From IMG/VR virus record IMGVR_UViG_3300020442_003143, positions 1 to 25,491 of that record: a DNA stretch of 25,491 nt. One strand, written 5' to 3'. Below are positions 17,403 through 25,491 of the stretch, in pieces (position 1 is the stretch's first letter; every line of letters begins with the position of its first letter). This DNA is from a virus. Taxonomy: Duplodnaviria; Caudoviricetes. The translations under genes and the position numbers were made by a program. The notes below the pieces were generated by a model. The model was given only the letters and a program-made list of their open reading frames with translations, ran no database searches and was not told the DNA's origin.

Positions 17403-20400
17403 ATGGCTCAAAAAACGAATTTAAATATAAGTCCTTATTATGATGATTATGATAAGAGTGATCAATTTTATAAAGTCTTGTTTAAACCTGGATTTCCAGT
17501 TCAAGCTAGAGAATTAAGCACTTTACAATCAATTCTTCAAAATCAAGTTGAATCATTTGGAACTCATATGTTTAAAGATGGTTCGATGGTCATACCTGGT
17601 GGTATAGCATATGATCAAGAATATTATTCGTTAAAAATAGAAGAAGAGCATTTGGGAACACCTGTTACTTTATATCTTAATGAACTTATAGGGTTGAGAC
17701 TTAAGGGTGAAACAACTGGTAATATTTTATCAATTGATAATTTTGAATATCCTTCAGATAATGCAGATCTCACTAATCTTACCATATATGTAAAATTTTT
17801 AGAGGCGGGTGATGACAATTCAACAAATGGTTTAGCAGAAGGTGAGAATTTAATTGTAGAAGAAACATTTTCTTATGGTAATACAATCATTAATGCAGGA
17901 CAATCTGTATTGAATTTAATAGAAAGTGAAGATGCCTTTACAGTTGGATCTGCTGTTGGTATATCCGAGGGTGTTTATTTTATTAGAGGTAATTTTGTTC
18001 AAGTTAATAGTGAAAAAATTGTTTTAGACCCATATGATAATGAACCTTCATACCGAGTTGGACTAAGTATTGATGAGCAATTAATATCAGCAAAGGATGA
18101 TGATTCATTATATGATAATGCTAGAGGATTTTCAAATTATGCTGCACCAGGTGCTGATAGATTAAAGATAAAAACAACTTTAACAAAGAAAGCACTCACT
18201 GATTTTAACGATACAAATTTTGTTGAATTAATTAGATTAGATGAGGGTACAATAAAACTGACAGCAGATAAAACTGATTATAATTTAATAAAAGATTATT
18301 TTGCAAAAAGAACTTATGAAGAATCTGGTAATTACAGTTTAAATCAATTTGAAGTTGATGTTTTTAATTCTCTTAATGATGGTATTTCTGGAGATGGTGT
18401 TTATAGATCGAATGAGTTAACTCAACAAGGTAATATACCTGATGATGATATATTGTGTGTTAAAGTATCATCTGGTAAAGCATACGTTAAAGGATATGAT
18501 ATTGAACTTGAGTCATCTCAACTTATTGATAATGTTAAACCAAGGGATAAGCAGATAGTTGATTCAGCTTTAGTTCCGTATCAAATGGGAACTATTTTTA
18601 AAGTAAATCATGTTGCTGGTGTACCTGCACCTAATATTAATGATAATACTGCATTAGTAGAACTTTATAATAAAAGAGTTAGTGCAGATGATCAAAAACA
18701 AGGTGATAAGATTGGAGAGGCAAGAGTATATTCATTTGCAGTATCTGATGCTGCATACACAGGAGATACAACAGAGTGGGATTTACACTTATTTGATGTT
18801 CAAGTATTTACAAAGATTGAATTAAATAAATCAGTCACAAACACTGAAGTTCCTCTTACATCTTTTGTTAGAGGAGTAAGCAGTGGTGCTACAGGATATG
18901 TTTCCATAGTTTACAGTGGAACTGAGTGTATTTACTTAAGTGAAGTCACAGGTCAGTTCATGGCAGGTGAACAACTAATCATAAATGAGGATACTTCTTT
19001 TACTAGATCAATAAGAACAGTTGAAGCTTTTGGTATACAAGATGTAAAAGGTATTTTTCAAAATACTTCTGCTGTAACTGGTTATGCAGTTAGTTTTACA
19101 TCTGATACTGTTTTAAATCGAGTAATTAGTCCAAACTTTAGTAATGCTGATAAGATAACAATCACAGGTGCTGGTGCGACAACAAATGGAAGTTTCAATT
19201 TTGTGGGTATAAACACAGGAACTATTTTAAGATATACACCTGAAGGAGAAACAGTTGAAAGATTTAATCGTATTGAAACGGTATCTGGAGATGGGTTAAG
19301 TGTTACTTTATCTGCAGTTCCTACAATTACTGGCATATGTAATGGTGCTTTAAACTCAAATAAAATAAGCACTACCTTTGCTTTTGGTGTGCCAAATATA
19401 AATATTGAAGATAATAAAGGATTATATGCTGAAATAGATAATAAAAATGTTTCAGATATAAACTTAGATGCATCAACATTATTAGTAGGAAAAAATATAA
19501 CTGCTGAGAGCACTGATGGGTCTGGTGTATTAACATTTAATTTATCTGCAAGTGGCATATCAAGTGCATTTTATGAGAGTTTTGATGAAGAGAGATATTC
19601 TGTTCATTATAGTGATGGAAGTATAGAGGATTTAACCTCTGATCAGTTTGTTTTGAGTGCTGATGGACAAACTGTTACAATAAATGGATTAGAAACAAGT
19701 GAAAATAATATAACTGTAAGTGCTACCCTTAAGAAACAATCATTAAAGAGTAAACAAAAAGAATATGTAAGAAGTCAAAAAATTGCAGTTGAAAAAACAG
19801 CAGTTGGAATTAACACAGCTTTGACTGGAATGGAGATAAGTAAAAATTATGGTCTTCGTGTTGAAGATAAGGAAATATCATTAAATGTGCCAGATGCAGT
19901 AAAAATCATAGGTGTTTATGAGTCACTTAATTCATTATCACCCACTTTAGATAAATTTACTTTCCCATCTGGATTATCGTTGAATACAGAATCAATATTA
20001 GGAGAAAAAATAATCGGTTCTGATACGGGAGCAGTCGGACAAATTGTTACTAGAAATTCAGCTACTGAGATTGAAATATCAATTTTATCATCAAATGCAT
20101 TTAGTATTGGTGAAATAATTACATTTGAAGAATCAAATATAACAACTACCTTACAGGATATAACATTCGGTAATCACTTAAATATTACAAATAGATATGA
20201 GTTGGATAAAGGTCAGAGAGAGGAGTTCTATGATTATTCAAGAATTGTAAGAAGAAAAGATTTTTCACCAGCATCTAGAAAACTTTTAATAGTTTATGAT
20301 AGATATGACGTTCCTTCTGGAGATAGAGGTGACTTCTATACAGTTGCTTCATATACCCAAGAGAGATTTGGTAAAGATATTCCACACTTAAAAGATGGAT

Positions 20401-23400
20401 TAAGAGCTAGTGATACAATTGATTTTAGACCAAGAGTTGGTGCGTATGGTGGAACAGGATCTCCTTTTGCATTTTCAAATAGAAATTTCAACGATGCATC
20501 TAATCCAACCACTATCGTAACTCCAAATGAGAGTTCAATTGTTGGATATAATTTTTATCTACCAAGAATTGATAAAGTAGTTTTAGATTCATCTGGAGAG
20601 ATTGTTATAATAACAGGTGAATCTTCGACCAATCCAACTCCTATATCTGTGCTTGATAATGCTATGGTCTTAGCAACTATAGAATTACCTGCGTATCTTT
20701 ATGATCCAGATGATGCGAAAGTTGTCCTAGAGGATAACGTTAGATTTACCATGAAGGATATTGGTAAATTAGAGGACAGAATTGAAAATTTAGAGGTTAC
20801 ATCATCTTTGAGTTTATTAGAATTAGATACAAAAACACTTCAAATACAAGATGCAGATGGTTTATCAAGATTTAAAACTGGATTTTTTGTAGATGATTTT
20901 AAAAATACTAATCTAATTGATATTGAAAACGTTGATTGTAATGTCACTGTTGATGTTGAAAAACAAGAGTTGGAAACTACAACTAATTTTTGGTCAGTTA
21001 AACCACAACTTGCATTAGATCCTTCCATAAATGTCGCTACTGCTGATTTTTCTACAAATTTACCACTTTTAGATTCAAATTGTAAAAAAACTGGTGATTT
21101 AATAACTTTAGATTATGAAGAGGTATCTTGGTTAGGTAATCCACTGGCATCAAGAGTGGAAAATGTTAACCCATTTAATTTAACTGGATTCATAGGAACT
21201 GTAAAATTAGATCCTGCAAATGATACATGGGTTAGAAATATAGAGGTATCTGGAGGTAGTAAAACAATAACAGGTACAGTTGCTAGAACTTACGTTGAGA
21301 AAAAACAAATTAGTTCAAAACCTGATGATCACATAAGGTCTCGTAATGTTGGATTTAGTGCAGATGGACTTAGACCAGTTACAAGATTTTATCCATATTT
21401 TGATTACACAAGTGGAATTAATTTAATTCCAAAATTGTTAGAAATATCTATGGTAAATGGTATATTTACAAAGGGGGAAACAGTTGAAGCACTAAAAGAT
21501 GGTCAAAGAGTTGCTATTTTTAGAATAGCTCAACCAGATCATAAATCTGGAGATATAAATTCACCATCTCTTACATTTAATGCAAATCCATATGATACCT
21601 CACTTAGTTTAGGATCTGTATATTCAGCTTCCTCAACAGTATTGAATATTGATATTAACGCACTTGTTGATGAAGCAAAAGGTAGTTTTTATGGTTATAT
21701 TCCTAAAACTGGTACAATTACACTTCTTGGTCAAAGTAGTGGTGCACAAGCATCAGTTACTAATGTTAGATTAGTTGCTGACACTTATGGAGACTTATAT
21801 GGTTCATTCTTCTTTGAAGATCCTCTTAAAACCCCTGCTCCAAGTTTAAGATTTAAAGTTGGAACAAGCACCTTTAAGTTGTCATCTGAATCCACTATAG
21901 GTGATGCTTTATTTGGAAGTATATTATTATCAGAGGCTGGTACTGAGTATGTGACAAATGGAAAGGTTAACACGATTCAATCAACCAATATAACAGTTCG
22001 AGTACCACCTCCTGTATATTATGTACACTCTGGTGGTGGTGGCTTTAAGATAGCTAAAAAGAGTTTGATGTCAAATCTTAAAGGATTTAAAACTAATGCT
22101 AAAGGTGGATATGTAAAGGTTTCAAATGTTCAAAAAGTTAAAGCTAGACAAGCTGCAGCTAAGAAGAGGAAACAGGGGAAAAAAAAGAATTCTCCTTATA
22201 ACAGTTATAGTGGAAAACAATATCAGGGAATTGACCCTCTATCACAAACATTTAAAGTTGATGAAGATGGTGCATTTTTAACTTCAGTTGATTTATTTTT
22301 TGCAAGAAAAGATCCAAATGAAAATATTTCAGTTGAAATAAGAACAACTGAATTAGGAACACCTACAACTCAATTAGTTCAAGATTTTGCCCGTGTTGTA
22401 GTAAACCCTGTTGATATTAATGTTTCAAGTAATGGAGAAGTTGCAACTAGAGTAACATTTCCATCACCAATATATCTAGAACCAGAAACAGAGTATGCAT
22501 TAGTTCTTGGAGTACAACAATCAATTGAATATGAGGTATGGATATCTCGTATGGGTGATCGAACTGTAAATACACAAAGTTTACCTGATGCCGAGTCGGT
22601 TATCGTAACTCGTCAATATCTTGGTGGTAGTTTATTCAAATCACAAAATGGTTCAGTGTGGACTGCTAGCCAATATGAAGATTTGAAATTCCAACTTTAT
22701 AAAGCATCATTTGTTGAAGGCGAGGGAACTGTATTTTTCTACAATTCCAAGATGGAAACAAAAACAGGTAATATTGAAAGATTGTTACCTAACGCAATTA
22801 AAACACTACCAAGAAAATTAAAAGTCGGTATTGTAACTACATCTGACACTGACGGATTACTCACAAATGGTGTTAAGGTAAGTGATTCTACAACAGCAAC
22901 TGCAATTCAAGGATATATTGAAAATGTGGGTGGTGCTGTATCTACACTTGCTGTAACTAATACAGGACAAGGATTTGTAGCAAGTCAGACATATAATGCT
23001 GTTCCTTTGTATAATATTACTGGTAACGGAAGTGGAATGACAGCTACAATAGCAACAAATTCAGATGGACAAGTATCATCTGCATCAGTTACATCCAATA
23101 CAGGTGGTGCAGGATATGTCGTTGGTGACGTTCTTGGTATTTCAACAAGTAATGTAATTAAAGGTTCAGGTGCATTAATCAGTGTAACACAAACCAGTGG
23201 TAAGAGCACACTTTATCTTAAAAATGTTCAAGGTGAAGAATTTACGACAGGTCAACCATTAGTTGTTACAAATGGTGGTTCACAAATATCACTCGCAACA
23301 ACAACAATTCTCTCATCAGCAACTTACGATGATAAGTATGAGGGTAACGTGTTAGAAGTTAATCATTTTAATCATGGTATGGAGGCAGATAATAATTTTG

Positions 23401-24668
23401 TTACTCTTGCTGACGTTGAACCAGATACAACTGCAATCTTGTTAACAGATTCTCTTGCAGTCGATGATCAAGTAATATCAGTGGCAAGCACATCAGAATT
23501 TGCAACATTCGCTGGAATATCAACAACTCAAGGATTTGTTAAGATTAATAGTGAAGTTATTTTCTATGATAGTATTGCCACAAATCAACTTGGAATTGGA
23601 ACAAGAGGTGTAGATGGAACAATACCAAGAACACACAATACAGGTGATCGTGTATTTAAATATGAATTGAATGGAATGAGTTTAAGAAGTATAAACAATA
23701 ATCACGATATGGCTTCGATGCCTGTGGGTGTTAATGCACTTAAAAATATTGACCGTTATTATTTGAGTATTGATCGAGGTTCCTCATCTTCAGGCGATTC
23801 TCAAATTAGTTTTACTGATGAATCAAGTGTTGGTGGAGAAAATATATTTGCATCACAAAACTATCAGTTTGATAGTTTGATTCCACAATTCAACACTTTA
23901 TTACCAAACTCTAATACAGGAATGTATAATCAAATTAGAACTGTTTCTGGAACTAGTGCTGGCGGAAATGAGGTCTCCTTTGTTGATCAAGGATTTGAAA
24001 GTGTCACTATTAATAATGAAAATAAATTATCAACACCAAGACTTTTATGTTCTGAAATAAATGAAATCAATCGATTGACAGATTTACCTTTAAATCGATC
24101 ATTTACTTTCTCATGTATTATGGAATCATCAAGTCCAAATGTATCTCCTGTTATTGATGTGCAAAATGGTGTCATAATTTATCAGAGATCAAGATTAAAT
24201 CGACCAATACTTGATTATGTCAAAGATGGTAGATCAGAACAGGCATCTGGTGATCCACATTCTTCAGTTTACATTAGTAATCAGGTAAATCTTAAAAATC
24301 CTGCTACATCTCTCAAGGTTTTAGTTTCCGCATACAGAGATGCTTCTGCTGACTTTAGAGCTTTCTATCAATTAGTAAGAGCAGATGGATCTGCAACAGA
24401 GTTAGCTTATAATGCATTTCCTGGTTTTGATAATTTGGAAGATACAGATGGTGATGGTTTTGGTGATAAAGTTATTGACCCCTCTAAGAATACTGGAAGA
24501 CCAGACGCATTTGTTAGTCCAAGTTTAGTTGATGAATTTAAAGAATATCAATTTAGTGTAGATGACTTAGAGGAATTTATTGGATATAAAATTAAAATTG
24601 TATTCAGTGGAACAAACGAAGCAAAATCACCTCGATTAAAAGATTTACGAACAATCGCACTTGCATGA
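17403..24668 (+). CDS. Large virion structural protein, VrlC-like / DUF4815 family (2421 aa)
   Basis: N-terminal NISPYYDDY...YKVLFKPGFPVQARELSTLQSILQNQ, NARGFSNYAAPGADRLKI, AKRTYEESGNY, YLPRIDKV, RFKTGFFVDDF, ENVNPF, DPLSQTF, GSLFKSQN..W...QYEDLKF and C-terminal PRLKDLRTIALA are motifs of this family; follows g8 as in cyanomyoviruses. Confidence 0.88.
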   Translation: MAQKTNLNISPYYDDYDKSDQFYKVLFKPGFPVQARELSTLQSILQNQVESFGTHMFKDGSMVIPGGIAYDQEYYSLKIEEEHLGTPVTLYLNELIGLRLKGETTGNILSIDNFEYPSDNADLTNLTIYVKFLEAGDDNSTNGLAEGENLIVEETFSYGNTIINAGQSVLNLIESEDAFTVGSAVGISEGVYFIRGNFVQVNSEKIVLDPYDNEPSYRVGLSIDEQLISAKDDDSLYDNARGFSNYAAPGADRLKIKTTLTKKALTDFNDTNFVELIRLDEGTIKLTADKTDYNLIKDYFAKRTYEESGNYSLNQFEVDVFNSLNDGISGDGVYRSNELTQQGNIPDDDILCVKVSSGKAYVKGYDIELESSQLIDNVKPRDKQIVDSALVPYQMGTIFKVNHVAGVPAPNINDNTALVELYNKRVSADDQKQGDKIGEARVYSFAVSDAAYTGDTTEWDLHLFDVQVFTKIELNKSVTNTEVPLTSFVRGVSSGATGYVSIVYSGTECIYLSEVTGQFMAGEQLIINEDTSFTRSIRTVEAFGIQDVKGIFQNTSAVTGYAVSFTSDTVLNRVISPNFSNADKITITGAGATTNGSFNFVGINTGTILRYTPEGETVERFNRIETVSGDGLSVTLSAVPTITGICNGALNSNKISTTFAFGVPNINIEDNKGLYAEIDNKNVSDINLDASTLLVGKNITAESTDGSGVLTFNLSASGISSAFYESFDEERYSVHYSDGSIEDLTSDQFVLSADGQTVTINGLETSENNITVSATLKKQSLKSKQKEYVRSQKIAVEKTAVGINTALTGMEISKNYGLRVEDKEISLNVPDAVKIIGVYESLNSLSPTLDKFTFPSGLSLNTESILGEKIIGSDTGAVGQIVTRNSATEIEISILSSNAFSIGEIITFEESNITTTLQDITFGNHLNITNRYELDKGQREEFYDYSRIVRRKDFSPASRKLLIVYDRYDVPSGDRGDFYTVASYTQERFGKDIPHLKDGLRASDTIDFRPRVGAYGGTGSPFAFSNRNFNDASNPTTIVTPNESSIVGYNFYLPRIDKVVLDSSGEIVIITGESSTNPTPISVLDNAMVLATIELPAYLYDPDDAKVVLEDNVRFTMKDIGKLEDRIENLEVTSSLSLLELDTKTLQIQDADGLSRFKTGFFVDDFKNTNLIDIENVDCNVTVDVEKQELETTTNFWSVKPQLALDPSINVATADFSTNLPLLDSNCKKTGDLITLDYEEVSWLGNPLASRVENVNPFNLTGFIGTVKLDPANDTWVRNIEVSGGSKTITGTVARTYVEKKQISSKPDDHIRSRNVGFSADGLRPVTRFYPYFDYTSGINLIPKLLEISMVNGIFTKGETVEALKDGQRVAIFRIAQPDHKSGDINSPSLTFNANPYDTSLSLGSVYSASSTVLNIDINALVDEAKGSFYGYIPKTGTITLLGQSSGAQASVTNVRLVADTYGDLYGSFFFEDPLKTPAPSLRFKVGTSTFKLSSESTIGDALFGSILLSEAGTEYVTNGKVNTIQSTNITVRVPPPVYYVHSGGGGFKIAKKSLMSNLKGFKTNAKGGYVKVSNVQKVKARQAAAKKRKQGKKKNSPYNSYSGKQYQGIDPLSQTFKVDEDGAFLTSVDLFFARKDPNENISVEIRTTELGTPTTQLVQDFARVVVNPVDINVSSNGEVATRVTFPSPIYLEPETEYALVLGVQQSIEYEVWISRMGDRTVNTQSLPDAESVIVTRQYLGGSLFKSQNGSVWTASQYEDLKFQLYKASFVEGEGTVFFYNSKMETKTGNIERLLPNAIKTLPRKLKVGIVTTSDTDGLLTNGVKVSDSTTATAIQGYIENVGGAVSTLAVTNTGQGFVASQTYNAVPLYNITGNGSGMTATIATNSDGQVSSASVTSNTGGAGYVVGDVLGISTSNVIKGSGALISVTQTSGKSTLYLKNVQGEEFTTGQPLVVTNGGSQISLATTTILSSATYDDKYEGNVLEVNHFNHGMEADNNFVTLADVEPDTTAILLTDSLAVDDQVISVASTSEFATFAGISTTQGFVKINSEVIFYDSIATNQLGIGTRGVDGTIPRTHNTGDRVFKYELNGMSLRSINNNHDMASMPVGVNALKNIDRYYLSIDRGSSSSGDSQISFTDESSVGGENIFASQNYQFDSLIPQFNTLLPNSNTGMYNQIRTVSGTSAGGNEVSFVDQGFESVTINNENKLSTPRLLCSEINEINRLTDLPLNRSFTFSCIMESSSPNVSPVIDVQNGVIIYQRSRLNRPILDYVKDGRSEQASGDPHSSVYISNQVNLKNPATSLKVLVSAYRDASADFRAFYQLVRADGSATELAYNAFPGFDNLEDTDGDGFGDKVIDPSKNTGRPDAFVSPSLVDEFKEYQFSVDDLEEFIGYKIKIVFSGTNEAKSPRLKDLRTIALA

Positions 24669-24859
24669 TTCCAATTAAAGACCATAAAAATCTCTTTAGG
24701 GATGAAAAAACAGGTGCTGTAGTTAATACAGACACTAATGGTTATACTCAATATAAAAAAATGAAGTCTGCTAAAAAAAGTCAGAGGGAAGAGCTTGATA
24801 GGATAAAAGAGGATATTGAAGAGATAAAACTTTTATTAAAACAAATTGCGTCAAAATAG
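24665..24859 (+). CDS. Small hypothetical protein with C-terminal coiled coil (64 aa)
   Basis: ATGA overlap with the upstream stop; LFRDEKTGAVVNTD motif followed by the heptad-like ELDRIKEDIEEIKLLLKQI. Confidence 0.85.
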   Translation: MIPIKDHKNLFRDEKTGAVVNTDTNGYTQYKKMKSAKKSQREELDRIKEDIEEIKLLLKQIASK

Positions 24860-24874
24860 ACGGGTTACTGGAAA

Positions 24875-24882
24875 TATAAATA
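24875..24882 (+). promoter_or_regulatory. T4-type late promoter TATAAATA
   Basis: Perfect consensus in a 50-nt intergenic gap, 27 nt before ATG 24910. Confidence 0.85.
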
Positions 24883-24909
24883 TATCTAGAATCCTGATAT
24901 TGTTTTTAA

Positions 24910-25248
24910 ATGGCAGTTTACGTAAGTAATCTAACTGTTAATACTGGAACTACATTTTCTCAAATTTTTACTTTAGAAAGTGCAGCTACTAATTCTGCTA
25001 CGGATTTGACTGGTTTTACTGCTTCTGCACAGATGCGTAAGCATCCTGGCAGTAGTTCAGCAACTAATTTTCAAACCTCAATTATTAATGCAGCAGGTGG
25101 AAGGATAAGAGTTGGTTTAACAACAAGTCAAACAGCAGCTTTAAAACCTGGTAGATTCATGTACGATGTTCTAATTACAGATACATCGGGTGAAGTAACT
25201 AGAGTTTTAGAGGGTGCTGTTTTAGTTAGAGAGGGAGTGACAAAATAA
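24910..25248 (+). CDS. Small virion structural protein, probable beta-sandwich (BppU N-terminal-like), 112 aa
   Basis: NLTVNTGTTF...DLTGFTASAQMRK...LTTSQTAALKPGRFMYDVLI...RVLEG pattern, common in phage tail and baseplate adaptor proteins. Confidence 0.75.
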   Translation: MAVYVSNLTVNTGTTFSQIFTLESAATNSATDLTGFTASAQMRKHPGSSSATNFQTSIINAAGGRIRVGLTTSQTAALKPGRFMYDVLITDTSGEVTRVLEGAVLVREGVTK

Positions 25249-25475
25249 TGGCAGACATTAAAGTAAGAGTCGGTCAAAAAAATGCTATAAAGGTTACATC
25301 CTCATTAGCAGGTTCTTCAGCAGGAACTATTGGTGAACTAAGTGATGTGAACGCCAGTAACCCACAGAATGGAATGGTTTTAGTATACAATAGCACAACA
25401 CAGCAGTGGACTGGAACTTTGGAGTTGACTCCAGGTGCAACACAGAATTTGGACATAAACGGAGGAAGTTTCTGA
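25248..25475 (+). CDS. Small fibre-associated structural protein (75 aa)
   Basis: TAATG coupling; contains IGELSDVN...NGMVLVYNSTTQQW (a motif frequent in phage fibre proteins) and terminal INGGSF. Confidence 0.75.
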   Translation: MADIKVRVGQKNAIKVTSSLAGSSAGTIGELSDVNASNPQNGMVLVYNSTTQQWTGTLELTPGATQNLDINGGSF

Positions 25476-25476
25476 A

Positions 25477-25491
25477 ATGGCAAGTATTATA
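25477..25491 (+). CDS. Start of the next gene (MASII...), probably a tail-fibre-type protein (partial)
   Basis: ATG one base after the upstream TGA; only five codons are visible, so the product is inferred from context. Confidence 0.45.

Noticed and set aside
19397-19404. Perfect TATAAATA inside the VrlC-like gene
   Set aside because: No gene start nearby; several chance hits are expected at this AT content. It cannot be excluded as an internal promoter.
22176-22190. GGGGAAAAAAAAG run as a possible frameshift or slippage site
   Set aside because: Explained by Gly-Lys-Lys-Lys codons; the main frame continues into conserved downstream motifs and no stimulatory structure was noticed.
3487-24668. 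Possible inteins, introns or homing endonucleases explaining the giant ORFs
   Set aside because: No intein splice-junction pattern or LAGLIDADG, HNH or GIY-YIG motifs were recognised; the frames are uninterrupted and the length is accounted for by repeat modules.
24882-24905. ATATC...GATAT inverted repeat followed by T residues
   Set aside because: The stem is short and AT-rich, too weak to call a terminator or regulatory hairpin.
431-25483. Numerous minus-strand ORFs of 61-174 aa in the track (e.g. 1094-1618, 12186-12524, 19082-19558)
   Set aside because: All lie antisense to well-supported genes, have no recognisable motifs, and are expected shadows of the biased codon usage.
1-25491. CRISPR array, tRNA genes or diversity-generating retroelement repeats
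   Set aside because: Intergenic gaps are at most about 53 nt; no regularly spaced repeats, reverse transcriptase or adenine-specific repeat pair was seen.

Overview
A 25.5-kb, AT-rich segment of a T4-like myovirus genome, most consistent with a marine cyanophage (Kyanoviridae, Prochlorococcus-phage-like). All credible genes lie on the + strand. Order: 3' end of a GT-A-type glycosyltransferase-like gene; two small ORFs missed by the ORF track (54 aa acidic, 45 aa very basic); a 226-aa hypothetical; gp25; gp6; a 4108-aa gp7-like mosaic; gp8; a 2421-aa VrlC/DUF4815-like virion protein; three small structural or accessory genes; and the first codons of a probable fibre gene. T4-type late promoters (NATAAATA) precede most units. 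No tRNA, CRISPR, intron, intein or mobile element was recognised. The most notable observations are: (1) a short G-[IVL]-[GSTAN]-[TS] motif scattered about 45 times through unrelated domains of gp7 and also present in the other virion proteins, which could be a modification or docking sequon; (2) a 76-aa cationic insert with no D/E just before a DPL motif in the VrlC-like protein, partly resembling the 45-aa basic ORF; (3) a hairpin that occludes the gp25 ribosome-binding site and overlaps a late promoter; (4) a roughly 6-fold CpG gradient across the first 4.5 kb. Family assignments come from motif recognition, not database searches, and all counts are manual.
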